Below are positions 25,464 to 38,779 of a stretch of DNA of 64,000 nt, in pieces. The stretch is from Octopus vulgaris (taxonomy: Eukaryota). Position numbers and translations under genes: made by a program. The stretch is from contig OX597826.1 of the NCBI GenBank assembly GCA_951406725.2, positions 81,158,001-81,222,000 on the forward strand, read 5' to 3'. Each line of letters opens with the position of its first letter. Position 1 is the stretch's first letter. The notes under the pieces were generated by a model. The model ran no database searches and was not told the DNA's origin. It saw nothing but the letters and a program-made list of their open reading frames with translations.

Positions 25464-25475
<12 letters not shown>
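25175..25475. repeat. AT-rich foldback (~140-bp arms) between (TA)n tracts
   Basis: aaaacacataacaatgattaagtaatgtgcaaaata / tattttgcacattacttaatcattgttatgtgtttt; a single related arm lies at about 61220-61345. Confidence 0.85.
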
Positions 25476-25500
<25 letters not shown>

Positions 25501-25676
25501 AGTTGAGCCAATATAAACACACGCACTATATATTTGGTGTTACTTTGCTTCAGTGTTATTCATTTTTTACATTAATCTTAATCTTATTTCGGCCAGTCTT
25601 CAGAGGTCTCAGTCTTCATCATTTCCTCTGTGAGGCCCCACTGGCACGGGTATCACACACACACACACATACACAT

Positions 25677-25709
<33 letters not shown>

Positions 25710-25961
25710 AATTAATCCAAGGAAAACACAATTTCCTTCAAAGGGATGGGAAACGTCCAATTTTCACTGGTTCTTCAGTTAATTACCATAATATAGTAGA
25801 GAAAAAATCCAAACTTAAAATGTTATAATTTCAATTTATAAATATTAAGGGAAATAAAGAAATACAGTTGATATATCAAAAATTTATTAACATTATAGTA
25901 TAATATAATTATATTATAAAAAGATATAATATAATATAAAAAATAATCAAAACAAATATAT

Positions 25962-26035
25962 ATCCTGCAATTTGTTTCGATTCATATCCAGTTGTGAATT
26001 TATAAAAATTCACATATATGTGTCTCATCAGGGTA
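25962..26035 (-). ncRNA. Degenerate type-I hammerhead ribozyme motif (Penelope-like pLTR remnant)
   Basis: Minus strand: cc CTGATGA ga-[catat..tgtgaattt/aaattcaca..atatg]-tc GAAA caa-a-ttg CA gg; the cleavage triplet reads GCA instead of GUH. Confidence 0.5.
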
Positions 26036-26529
26036 GTATTCGTCTAAAGAAATAGACAAAAATCTCATGCAAGGACTGCTAAATCATAAAACAGTCTATC
26101 TTATGTAGAGGTATGCACACACACACACAAACATTCTCTCACACACACTGCCACATACACAGTACAGAGGTATGCATATGCACACACACAGAGCCACACA
26201 TACAGTACAGAAGTATGCACACACACACACACTCTCTCTCTCACACACAGTGCAGAGGTATACATACACACATACACTCTCTCGCACACATACAGTGCAG
26301 AGATAAACACACGCACACACACTCTCTTACACATGTATATGTGCATGCATATGTTTATATAACTATATGATGACCTCCCCCATTAAAGACAACGTACGAG
26401 TGTTCAGCTTTTGCTGAATTACCTGCACAGGTGATTTGTTATACTTGTACTCCACAGCAGAAATGTTAAGACTGATTTTTCTGGTGATGTAAAGCACTCG
26501 TGGCAGTGTCACATGAAAGCGTCCATTTG

Positions 26530-26960
26530 GTGCCATGTAAAAGGACTTGTCCCAAACTTTGGCATCGAGAGTTACACAAATACTAGAACTGGGCGCCACT
26601 GCATAGTGCCAAGGTCTCCAAATTTGCCATCAAGATGTAGGACAAGATACTGTGATAGCCTGGGCTTCAGAGGTCCACAGCTCTTCAATATCCTCCCGAA
26701 GGACCTGAGAGACCTGCATGGGGTGGATGCAGATGTCTTCAAAATAAAGCTGGACCTCTTCCTGTCAGGTGTCCCAGATGAACCAACTTCACGGCAGGAG
26801 GTGCAGATGAGGGCAGCTGCATCAAACTTTCTTATGCACCAAATGGCAATTGCTAAAAAGCATTCGTGGGGTAAAATCATGTAGCAACACCGAATGGCGG
26901 TGCCCCAGCATGGCCACAGCTCATGAGCTGAAACTAAATGAAATGAAAAAAAAAATTCAA
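26530..26960 (+). mobile_element. CR1-group LINE 3' fragment
   Basis: RGPQLFNILPKDLR...FKIKLDLFLSGVPDEP is a typical non-LTR ORF2 C-terminus; A-rich tail; exact clade not certain. Confidence 0.75.
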
Positions 26961-27314
26961 AATGAATATGGCAACATGTAGAAGTGACTCTCATGTGGTG
27001 CCCCATGAAAGCACCCAACACACCTGTAAAGTGGTCAGCGTTGGTGGTCAGCTGACCTTATAACAGGGTTGTCATCAAGGCATACCAAACCGTTTCTTCC
27101 TCATCATGGTTCTTTCTCAGCAGTGCTGTTGTTCCTCAACTAGCAAAACAGGATTCTTCTGTTCCGTTTATTGCAGTCGCAGCCAACGTCTGCAAAGAAC
27201 TTGCCAAACAAGTCTAACAAAAAAAAAAGAAAGGAAAAAGGATGATGAGAAAGTGAAGGTAGGAGAAGAAGAGGAAAAGATGATAAAGTAGAGGAGCAAT
27301 AAAGAGAACAGCTG

Positions 27315-28240
27315 GATTCCAATAGTTTCAATAGCTTCGTCTTCCTCGTTGTTGCCTTAAGGTAACCACAGTTCACGCATATCCTTAACCGCAACATATT
27401 CCTTCATTCAAGTTCGTCACACAGTCACTCATTTCTCTAATTTTGTCATAGATTGGCTGACCAAAAACTCTCAGATTTTTCAACTCTGTTTTGCTATTAT
27501 CAATATTTGCTGTTTCGTTAAAATATGCCACACAAATACCAAAAGAATATTTTTCACCCTCGTGTTCTGACCATCTAAACTCTGGTACCCCCTCTCTCTC
27601 TCTGCCTCACTCTGTCTCTCTTTCTCTTGGTCTCACTCTGTCTATCTGTCTGTCTGTCTCTCTCTTTCGATTACCACTTGCTTCACCAAGACTTTCTCCA
27701 CCACCACCACCACTACCACCTATATAAACTAGCGCACACACTCGGATTCCCCTACTCAATTTTTGATACCTCTGCCGAAGGATATGAATCTGAGAAGATG
27801 CTCAGACAAGAAGTTTTGTCTTTTCACCCTCATTCATCACCTCTTCTATTTCTGCACAAATCATAAACCCCTCATTAGTTCTTTTCATTATTCTGTCCAT
27901 TTCAGTACCATGTCATCATATAAATATAGTTTCAATAGTTTTGCCTTCCTTGTTGTTGCCTTAAGATAATCTTAGTTCACGCATGTCCTTAACTGCAACA
28001 TATTATGCTACACAAATCCCCAAAGAATATTTTTCTCCCTCGTGTTCTGACCACCTAAACTCTGGTACCCCCCTCTCTCTCTCTCTACCTCACTCTGTCT
28101 GTCTGTCTGTCTGTCTGTCTCGACCTCACTCTGTCTGTCTGTCTTTCTCTCTCTCTCCTTCGATTACCACTCGCTTTGCCAAGACTTCACCACCACCACC
28201 ACCACCAACCTATGTAAACTAGCACGTGCACTCGGATTCC
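27315..28240 (+). repeat. Imperfect tandem duplication (about 27315-27760 and 27925-28240)
   Basis: ORFs 27491.. and 27983.. share YATQIPKEYFSPSCSDHLNSGTP. Confidence 0.85.
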
Positions 28241-31200
28241 CCTACTCGCAATGAGGAAGGAACTAGGCTGCTGGAGTTTTGTGGTGCAAATGACCTTATG
28301 GTTTCCAATACTAACTTCAGGAAACCTGCCAGTCACCTGGTCACCTACCGTTCTGGCAGACACACTAGCTAAATTGACTACATCCTTGCCAGAAAAAGGG
28401 AAAGATGGCTGCTTATAAACACCAAAACCTTCCCAGGCGAAGAATGTACCCCACAACATAGACTGGTAGTTAGCAACTTCAGGATCAGGGCTAAATGGAT
28501 GCCCAGAAGATGACCAGCATGGAAGAGAAGGGTCTGGAAGCTTAAAGATCCTGTGAATGGACAGAGATTTAGAAACATATTACTCGAAGCCTTTGACAAA
28601 ATAGAAGGGGATATAGCTTTACACAATGTAGAACACAACTGGATGTTTCTACGGGACAACCTGCTAAGGGCTACTGACCAGATCTGTGGATGGTGCAAAG
28701 TCCCCTCTCGACCCAAAATGATGTGGTGGTGGAACAATGTTGTAGACAGGGCTATAAGAGAAAAAACAGGCTTGGAAGGACTGGAAGAATGGTGGTATCA
28801 GGAAATTGTATCAGACTGCCAGAAGGGAAGCTAGGAGACAGGTTTATTTAGCCAGAGGGGAAGCAGATAAGAAAAAATTTGTCAATGTTCTGTGCCGTGA
28901 GGACAAAAGACTTGAGGTATTTCGTGTTGCAAGACAGTGTGTGAGAGAGAATCGTGATGTGGTAGGAGAGAAATGTGTCTGCATGGATGATGGTTCACTT
29001 GCACTAAACAGGGCTGCAAAGAGAGAGGTTTGGAGATGCCACAATGAAAGGTTGCTAAATAAAGAAAATGAATGGGATAAAGAGAGTCTGCTGAATGTCG
29101 ACCCAACAGAGGGACCAGCTATCCAAGTTGACAGTTCCTTGGTAGATAAAGCAATTAAAGCATGAAGACAGGGAAAGCCCCAGGCCCATCAGGAATTACT
29201 GCAGAGATGCTCAAAATATCTGGTAGTGTTGGCTATAGCCTAGTCACCCATATAGTTAACCAGGTGATACACGAAGGAGTCATACCCAATGACTAGTGTA
29301 GCAGCATAATAGTCAACTGCTACAAAGGTAAAGGTGATGCTTTAGATACAAATAATTACAGAGGTATCAAGTTGTTGGATCAGGTAATGAAGGTTATGGA
29401 GAGGGTCATAGCCCAACTAATTAGGCAGAGAGTCAGTTTAGATGAGATACAGTTTGGGTTCATGCCAGGGAAAAGCACCACTGTTGCTATATTTCTGGTA
29501 AGACAGTTGCAGGAGAAATACCTAGCCAAAGATTAATCTCTGTACTTGGCTTTCGTTGACATGGAGAAAGCCTTTGACAGGGTGCCCCGATCCCTTATCT
29601 GGTGGTCAATGAGGAAACTAGGGATAGAAGAATGGTTAGTGAGAGCTGTGCAAGCCATGTACAGGGACGCTATAAGTAAGGTAAGGGTTGGCAACGAGTA
29701 CAATGAAGAATTCCGGGTAGAAGTAGGAATCCACCAAGGTTCAGTCCTCAGCCCCCTCCTATTTATCATAGTCCTCCAGGCAATAACAGAGGAATTCAAG
29801 ACAGGATGCCCTGGGAGCTCCTCTATGCTGATGACCTTGCTATAATTGCTGAGTCACTATCAGAACTTGAGGAGAAGTTTCAAGTGTGGAAACAAGGATT
29901 AGAATCGAAGGGCCTTAAAATCAACCTAGCTAAAACCAAAGTCCTAATAAGTAAGAAGGCAGGTAAATCCCAAATCCCTTCAGGTAGATGGCCCTGCTCG
30001 ATCTGTAGTAGAGGCGTAGGTAGAAACTCTATAAGATGTACCCAGTTTAAGCTATGGACACATAAGAGGTGCAGTAATATCAAAGGAAGGCTAACTGAGA
30101 AGATAGTTTTTGTATGTGGCAGATGCTCGAGAGTGATAAACACTGAAAATACGCAGAGACCAACTTCTGCCACATTCCAGGGAGAAAAACTAGACGTAGT
30201 TGATAGCTTCCGTTATCTAGGTGACCAAGTCAGTAGCGAAGGAAGGTGTGCTGAAAGTGTAGCTGCTAGAATAAGAATAGCTTGGGCAAAGTTCAGAGAG
30301 CTCCTACCTCTGCTGGTGACAAAGGGCCTCTCACTCAGAGTAAAAGGTAGACTGTATGATGCATGTGTACGAACAGCCATGCTACATGGTAGTGAAACAT
30401 GGGCTGTGACTGCTGAGGACATGTGTAAGCTCACAAGGAATGAAACCAGTATGCTCTGTTGGATGTGTAATGTCAGTGTGCATACACAACAGAGTGTAAG
30501 TACCTTGGGAGAAAAGTTGGACCTAAGAAGCATCAGTTGTGGTGTGCAAGAGAGACGTTTGCGCTGGTATGGTCATGTGGTGAGAATGGATGAGGATAGC
30601 TGTGTAAAAAAGTCCCAATCCTAGTGGTTGAGGGAACCTGTGGACGACGTAGACCCGGGAAGACCTGGGATGAAGTGGTGAAGCACGACCTTCGAACACT
30701 AGGTCTCACCAAGGCAATGACTAGTGACCGAGACCTTTGGAAATATGCTGTACTTGAGAAGACCCTGCAAGCCAAGTGAGACCATAACCCGTGGCCTATG
30801 CCAGGGGTGTAACCAACCCACTTATGCATACCTTTCCTTCATTGGACACTAAACTCTGCTTGCGAAGACCTGTTGAGACAAATGAAATTGAAATTGAATC
30901 AAATTCGATGACTGGCACCTGTGCCAGTGGAGCACTAAGAGCACCATCTGAGTGTGATCGTTGCCAGAGCAGCTTCCATGCCGGTGGCATGTAAAAAGCA
31001 CCATTCGAGTGTGATCGTTACCATTGTTGCCTTACAGGCACTTGTGCCGGTGGCATGTGAAAAGACATTCGAGCGAGGTCATTGCCAGTGCTATTGGACA
31101 GGCTCCTGTGCAGGTGGCACATAAAAAACACCATTTGAGCGTGGCCGTTGCCAGTACCGCCTTACTGGCCCTTGTGCCGGTGGCATGTAAAAGCACCCAC

Positions 31201-31332
31201 AACACTCTCAGAGTGGTTGGTGTTAGGAAGGGCATCCAGCTGTAGAAACTCTGCCAGATCAGATTGGAGCCTGGTGCAGCCATTTCTCAGTCACATCGTC
31301 CAACCCATGCTAGCATGGAAAGCGGATGTTAA

Positions 31333-31372
<40 letters not shown>
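28240..31372 (+). pseudogene. RTE-clade LINE, longer degenerate copy (APE C-terminus, RT, PHD-like finger, 3' UTR)
   Basis: RNEEGTRLLEFC..NTNFRK..IDYIL at the 5' end; ORFs 28553-30624 fragmented by stops and frameshifts and homologous to 14062..15900; (GAT)n tail. Confidence 0.95.
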
Positions 31373-32446
31373 GGAGGAGGAGGAGGAGGAGGAGGAGGAG
31401 GACGAAATACTTTAAAAAAATAAATAAGTAATAATGAAAAAGAGGACAAAAACAAATAAAATCTCTTGCATATGGTGTACAGGTTTTACTCCTTCAGACT
31501 TGCAGTTGAGGCTAGGCTTCTTGTATGTAGACAGACTCTGTGACTTGCCTTAACGTAGTATCAGAGGCATAGACAAGCCATTAGGGTAATCTAGTACATG
31601 TTGGTAGAAAACCAAAGTCTATTTTAAACATAACTATTCCAATATTTTCCTAAATCTGTCTCTAATACTTCTTTCCATTTATCCTTTGGTTGCTGAAAGA
31701 AACTGAATAATTTCTTTGAATTTATTGCATTTTCTGCTATTTAATCTCCAATTCTCCTTTGAAAAATATTGATAAAATATTAGACAAAAGTATGTTAAAG
31801 ATTACGGTTTAAAATTTGTAGAATTTTTTTTTTAACTTTCTAAAACATGGATGGCTATGTGGTTCTGATTTGATCTTGAGCATCAATAATGGCAGGTGTC
31901 TTCTACCAAGAACTTCTTTGTGAGATTCATGGTGGCTTTTTCTGCAGTTTCAGTGATGGCGTATATGATCCATTGCCACCACCACTGCATCAATGATTCC
32001 AAGCCTAGCCATGGCTTTGCAGAATCAGCATCTTACAAACCTGAAGCATCCACATCAGCAGAAGTCTAGATGCCCGATTCTAATCTGTATATGCTGTGGC
32101 TTGCTCTCCAATAAGCAAGAACAATAGGGTCCATTGCAGATTTGCCAGGGAGCTGATACTGCTGCTAAGATGGCCCAGTTTAAAGGGACATTTGACTGCT
32201 ATTTCTAACAGATCAAGTGAATGTGTTGAAGCTCCTGTTTTGACTAATTGATTTTGTCATATCTTCAATGTTAAAATAAGGTCATTTCATATCAAGTTTA
32301 TCAAGTTTGACTCTGAAGACAGGCAGGGTGCTCGTTAGTTGTCAATGAATATCTTATATTAACACAAAGTTAAGAATATGTATAAAAGAGTAATTAGATT
32401 AATTAACAGTCTTATAGTAAAGGGACATTGACAGCATGTTTAAGCA

Positions 32447-32860
32447 GGCGTAGGAGTGGCTGCGTGGTAAGTAGCGTTCTTACTAACCACATGGTTCCGG
32501 GTTCAGTCCCACTGCGTGGCACCTTGGGCAAGTGTCTTCTACTATAGCCTTGGGCCGACCAAAGCCTTGTGAGTGGATTTCGTAGACGGAAACTGAAAGA
32601 TGCCCATCATATATATGTATATATATATATATGCATGTGTGTGTGTATGTGTTTCTGTGTCTGTGTTTGTCCCCCCAACATCGCTTGACAACCAATGCTG
32701 GTGTGTTTACGTCCCAGTGACTTAGTGGTTCAGCAAAAGAGACCGATAGAATAAGTACTAGGCTTACAAAAAATAAGTCCTGGGGTCAATTTGCTCAACT
32801 AAAGGCGGTGCTCCAGCATGGCCACAGTCAAATGAATGAAACAAGTAAAAAGGTAAAAAA
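32447..32860 (+). mobile_element. SINE family A, full length
   Basis: Same head, body and tail as 11256-11662. Confidence 0.9.
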
Positions 32861-33071
32861 AAAAGTAATTAAAAAGGTGGGTCTCGACATTTGTGGAGAT
32901 GCATGGTTTAGTGTGGCGCTTGCAGTTACAAGATCATGGTTTTCATTCCCAGACTGGTGTGTTGTATCCTTCAGCAAAACACTAAATTTCACATTGCTTC
33001 TGTTATTCAACAGATGTAATTGATTAGTCTCCTCCCACCAAGTTTGAGGCCTTGTGCCTCCAGTAGATAGG

Positions 33072-33120
<49 letters not shown>

Positions 33121-33121
<1 letters not shown>

Positions 33122-35303
33122 TTTTTTTTTTCTTCTTTCAAATTTGCTTCCATTTCTTGCCGAGTGTCTTCCCGACTCCTAGGGCAAAGAAACTCATAGC
33201 ATACATTGGTAGGCCATTAAACCAAACTCAGTAGTTCGTTCATTTTTTTTTTTTTTTTTTAAAGTTAAATTAAAATACATGAGCAGCAACAGTTCTCACA
33301 TCGACAATGCTCTTCTCAATACGTGTGATGTACCAGTTAAGACAATCTTTTGCACTTCTTGCAGGGATGGTAAGCCAGGGATCATTCTCATATAATTTTT
33401 GGTTCCCTTCTTGATCATTCCTAGTGCTCCTACGATCACTGGTATTGTAACCGCCTTGAGATGCCACATTTTCTCAATTTCAATGAGTAGGTCTTTATAT
33501 TTTCTGAGCTTGTCAAACTCATTCGCTGAGATATTATCATCACAGGGGATGCTCATGTCGATCAATAAGCAAACTTTATTGTTTTGGTCTTTCACAACAA
33601 TATCTGGTTTATTGGCCTTGATGGTTCGGTCTGTATGTACTGGAAAGTCCCACAGAATGGTTACATTTTCTCCTTCAGTTACAGCCTCAGGGTGGTGATT
33701 ATACCACTTGTCGGCAGTTTTGATATTGTAATGCCGACTTATTAGCCAGTGGAGATATTGGCCAACTCTGTCATGTCTTAATTTATACTCCACTGGTGCT
33801 AAGACTTTACATCCAGAGATTAGGTGGTCCACTGTTTCAATCATGTCGTTGCAGAATCGGCATTTTGGGTCTGCTCCATTTTTCATCACATTGGCCTGGT
33901 AGTTCCGGGTTAATAGGCTTTGATCTTGAGCAGCCAGGATGAAACCTTCGCTCTCTGCTTTTAGCCCTGAGCTCCGTAGCCACTGATGGGTTTGCTTCTG
34001 GTCAACATCAGCTTGTTTGCTGCGGGTCACATATTTGCCGTGCAGAGGTTTCTCCTCCCACCTATCAGCCAATTGCTCGTGCGCTTTCTTCATTGCCATC
34101 ATTTTCACCTTCTTTGCAACAATAGTTGCCGTACTTCCCTCGGGTTGTTCAGTTTAGGTATCCTGCACGAGATCAATATCAAATTTTTTGCTTTCCTTTA
34201 TGATAGAATGAAGCTTCTTTCGTCTCTCGTGATGTTCCATGAGCTTTAGCATCCAATCATTCGATATTTCGAGATATTTGGCCAGTCCAATTGTGGTTGT
34301 TTTGTAAGCTAGTTCAAATTGGATCAAGCCTCGACCTCCTTGGGCTCTGGGAAGGTAAAGGCGATCTACGTCTGCCTTTGGGTGGTGCATCCTATTACAA
34401 CTCAGCAGCTTGCGTATTTTCCTATCTATATTCTTTACTTCACTCATATTCCAGTTCAACACATTGTAGCTATAAGTAACAACTGGAACTGCTAAGGAAT
34501 TTATAGCTAACACCTTGTTACGTGCATTTAGTTCAGATTTCAGGACTGCACGAACTCTCCTATAACATTCCTTCCTGATTTTCTCTTTCATGCTTGCATG
34601 CTGAATACCAGAGCCTTCATTTATCCCTAAATATTTGTATGTTTGTTCTTGCTCAAGCTCTCTTATGACTGTGTCAACATCTAACACGACTGAATTTGTG
34701 GTCTTCACTTTCCCTTTCTGGAAAGTGGCCTTGGCACACTTCTCAAGTCCAAACTCCATCCTGATGTCATCGCTGAATGCTTTCACGGTGCGCAATAAGC
34801 CTTCAAGTTCATTATTGTCTTTACCATAAAGTTTTAAGTCATCCATATAAAATAGATGGCTTATTTTTTTATTGGCAATTTTATACCCATACCCTGTTCT
34901 GTTTAATTCACTTGTAAGGGGTATTAGGGCTATGCAGAATATTAAAGGTGAAAGTGAGTCACCTTGAAAAATTCCACAGTTGATGTTTATATTTTCTGAG
35001 GCAAGTACTCCATTAGAGTGGTATAATTGGAGATTCGTATTCCACAACGACATATTGTGCTTCAGGAAGTTTGAAATCACAGGGGAAATTTTGAAGATGT
35101 CCAGCGATCTCAAGATCCATGGATGCGGTATACTGTCGAAGGCCTTTTTATAGTCAATCCATGCGGTGCTGAGATTTCTGCGCTTGTTGTGACAGTTCTC
35201 AAGGATCATACGGTTGATTAGCAGTTGATCTTTGCATCCGTAAGAGCCTCGGCGGCACCCTTTTTGTTCAATGGGGAAAATATCGTTCTTCTCCATGAAT
35301 GCA
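33121..35303 (-). mobile_element. R4/Dong-type non-LTR retrotransposon (RT + CCHC + restriction-like endonuclease), 5'-truncated
   Basis: ORFs 34154..35401 (EQKG, DYKKAFDS, GIFQGDSLSP, YMDD) and 33296..34108 (CRFC..H..SGC, RHD, PDIV..LIDM..K..KY) are in the same frame separated by one stop; (TTA)n on both sides. Confidence 0.93.
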
Positions 35304-35316
35304 TTATTATTATTAA

Positions 35317-35371
<55 letters not shown>

Positions 35372-35373
<2 letters not shown>

Positions 35374-35587
35374 GGTGGCGAGCTAGCAGAATTGTTAGCA
35401 CACCAGGTGAAATGCTTTGTGGTATTTTGTCTGCCGCTACATTCTGAGTTCAAATTCCACTGAGGTTGACTTTGCCTTTCATTCTTTCAGGGTCGATAAA
35501 ATTAGTATTAGTGAAAACAATGAGGTCGATGTAATCAACTAGTCCCCTCCCCCAAAATTTCAGGCCTTGTGCCTTTAGTTGAAAGGA
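35372..35587 (+). mobile_element. SINE family B, full length, with Nin/Deu-like central domain
   Basis: tRNA-like head ggtggcgagctagcagaa..gagttcaaattcc, then gactttgcctttcattctttcagggtcgataaaat; tail ccttgtgcctttagttgaaagg(att)n. Further copies near 40205-40937, 44395-44551, 54160-54375, 56990-57193, 62800-62998. Confidence 0.8.
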
Positions 35588-35613
35588 TTATTATTATTAT
35601 TATTATTATTATT

Positions 35614-38196
35614 CAGTAGTTTTATTTTTATAGCGTGCTTTCACTTCACTACCGAGCGCAGCTCTGTGTGCCTTGGGTATGTGCTGTGATTTGTTGTGAT
35701 GCTCTGATGGTTATTGTATGGAAAGTGTTCTGCGTAGGATGTGTGCAGTGCCTAGTAGTGCAATTTTCTGTATGTTATATGTGTTTGTAAGTCCTGGTGT
35801 TTTTGTTATGTATTTGTCTGAATATTTTTTTATCATGCCTAATGCACCTATTATGATAGGAATTGTTTCTGTTTTCAGATTCCACATTCTAGTTACCTCT
35901 ATTTCCAGGTCTTTGTATTTTGAGAGTTTCTCCATTTCTTTTAGAGACACGTTGTCATCTGCCGGTATTGATACATCAATTAGAAAGCATTTTTTTTCTT
36001 CATGATCTCTGACAACTATATCTGGTCTGTTGGCCTTAATTTCTCTATCTGTGTGTATCGGCATATCCCAGAGTATGGTTGCTTTCTCGTTTTCTGTGAC
36101 CTTTTCTGGTGTGTGCCTATACCATCTTTTTTCTGTTGTTATTCCATAATGTTGGCATAGCTTCCAATGTATGTAGGTTCCAACTCTGTCTGTGAATATA
36201 TTCCTTCTTAGCCAGGACTGGGCAGCTAGAGATAATATGATTTATTGTTTCTTGTCCATCTCCACATATTCTGCAGTTACTTGTAATATTTCTTTTCATT
36301 ACATGTTTTTGGTAATTTCTGGTGGGGAGGCTTTGGTCTTGTGCTGCAATTAAAAATCCCTCTGTTTCTGCTTTGAGTCCTGAGCTTCTCAACCATTGCT
36401 GGGATTTTTCTTTGTCTATTTATTTTGCGTTTAGTTTAGTCCAGTATTTACCATGAAGGGGCTTTTCTTGCCATCGTTTTATCATGGTTCGTTGCTGTTC
36501 TATTTTTAGTTTGGATTTCATTTGTTTTATAGCTTTTGTTGTTTCTTCATCATCTTCTTCTTCTTCTTCGTGTTTATTAGGTGGTATGATTTCTTGTTTG
36601 TATTTGTCAGCTTCCTTAAATACTGAGAACAGTTTTTTGTTTTGCTCATGTTTTGCTGCTATCTGGATCAGTTTTCCTTCCTTCTGAAGTAGGTATTTTT
36701 GCAGTCCTATGGTGGTTATTTTATAGTAGTTTTCCAGCTGTATAAGGCCTCTACCACCTTCTATACGTTGTATATATAGTCTTTCTATGTCAGATTTTGG
36801 GTGATGCATCCTAGATCCTGTCATTATTTTTCTTGTTTTCCTATCTATTTTGGACAGTTCATTTCGTGTCCAGTTAAGGATATTGTAGCTGTAACTTATA
36901 ACTGGGACAGCTAAAGTGTTGATACCTATTATCTTGTTTTTAGCATTGAGCTCTGTTTTTAGTATTGATCTAACTCGTCTATAATATTCTTTTTTTATTT
37001 TCTCTTTCATTTGTGTGTGTTGTGTCTTATCTAGTTCATGGATTCCTAAGTATTTGTAAGTTTGGCTTTGGTTTAATTCTTTTATGTCATTGGTTTTATC
37101 TAGTGTGATGTTGTTACTCTTAACTAGTTTTCCTCTTTTCATGGTTACTTTGGCGCATTTTTCTAATCCAAATTTCATATCTATTTCTTTGGTAAATCCA
37201 TGAACTGTCTTTAATAGTGTTTCCAGCTGTTTGTCATTTGCAGCGTATAGTTTTAGGTCATCCATATATAAAAGGTGGCTGATCGTTTTGCCGTAACATT
37301 TATATCCGCATCCAGTTCTATTTAGCATATCAGATAGAGGTGACAGTGCCAAGCAGAAAAGGAGTGGAGAGAGCGTGTCTCCCTGGAATATTCCTCTTCT
37401 AATGGGGATGTCTTTGGTTTTCATGAGTCCCTCTTTTGTTTGGAGGTGTAGGACTGTTTGCCATTTATTCATAGAGTGCTCTATGAATTTTATGATTGTT
37501 GGTGCTACTTTGTTAATGGCTAGTGTTTCGAGGATCCATGTGTGGGGGATGCTATCAAACGCCTTTTTGTAGTCAATCCAGGCCATACTGAGGCCTTTCT
37601 TCTTTCTGTGGCTGTCTTCAGTTATGGCTTTATTAATCATTAGTTGATCTTTACAGCCATATGAGCCTTTGCGGCATCCTTTCTGCTCTTCTGGGAACAG
37701 TTTGTTTTCGTCCAGGTGCTTGTTCAGCCTTTGCGATATCACTGCAGTAAATGCCTTGAACATAGTAGGGAGGCAGGTTATTGGTCTGTAGTTTTCTGGT
37801 TTTGCTGTTTCATTTGATTTGGGAATTAAGATGGTTTTCCCCTTCGTGAGCCATTCAGGCATTGTCTCTGGCTCTGCTAGTATGTTGTTAAAGTTTTCAG
37901 CCAGCTTTTTGTGCATTCCTGTTAGATATTTCAACCAGAAGTTGGGAATCTTGTCATGCCCAGGTCCCTTCCAGTTGCTTAGATTTTGCAGTGCCTGGGT
38001 GACCTCTTCAGTTGTTATGGGGGTCCAAAGTTGTTCAGATGCCGAGTTTGTTATTTTGATACTCCTTTTTTTGGCTGTTCGTTTGCCGACCATATTTCTC
38101 TCCAGAATTCTTCCAATTCTTCTGCCGTTGGTGCTGCAGTGACTTCTATTTTATTTTTTCCCAGTTCTTGGTAGAACTTTTTGGGGTTGGAGTTGA

Positions 38197-38197
<1 letters not shown>
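35614..38197 (-). mobile_element. Second R4/Dong-type LINE (different subfamily), 5'-truncated, frameshifted
   Basis: ORF 36420..38093 (557 aa RT with YMDD), 36117..36392 (CRIC..H..C), 35711..36064 (PDIV..LIDV..K..KY); (TTA)n on both sides. Confidence 0.93.
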
Positions 38198-38231
<34 letters not shown>

Positions 38232-38620
38232 CCTCTTCTTTCAATTTTGATTCTATTTCTTGCTGAGTGTCTTCCCGGCATCTAGGGCACAGAAATTAAC
38301 TGTATATATTGGTAGGCCATTAAAATAAGCACATTAGATTGTTAATTTACAAAGTCATGTGATAGAAAAAAGGGGAAGAAAGAAAGAAGAAAATTTTTTT
38401 TTAAATATGAAAAATAAAAAAATCTAGAAAACAAAGAAAATAAAGGGGAAAAAAAGGAAAGAAAATTCACAGCAACAATGCTCTTCTTAATACAAGGGGC
38501 TCTTCTTAATACATGTGGGTTACTAGTTAAGACAGTCTTTTGCACTTCTTGCATGGATGGCAACACCAGAGATCATCCTCGAAAATTTTCAGTTCCTTTT
38601 TTTGATCATTTCAAGTGTTT
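38232..38620 (-). mobile_element. Dong-type LINE 3' fragment
   Basis: LPSMQEVQKTVLT..HVLRRA matches the C-terminus of ORF 33296..34108. Confidence 0.8.
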
Positions 38621-38779
38621 CTACCAATCATTGGTAAAAAGAGTCAAGAACCCCTTCAGTCACAAACGACCTGGGGATTGCACCTAGAAAGTTCTCCAAT
38701 TCAAGGCAACGTTGTTTACAAAAGACCAGCAGTCACCCATGCATACCAGCCTTCCCTTTCCATGCCATTATATATACAT

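Noticed and set aside
27057-27189. Minus-strand segment with a good acceptor and donor
   Set aside because: Stops in all three frames; at most a non-coding exon, unsupported.
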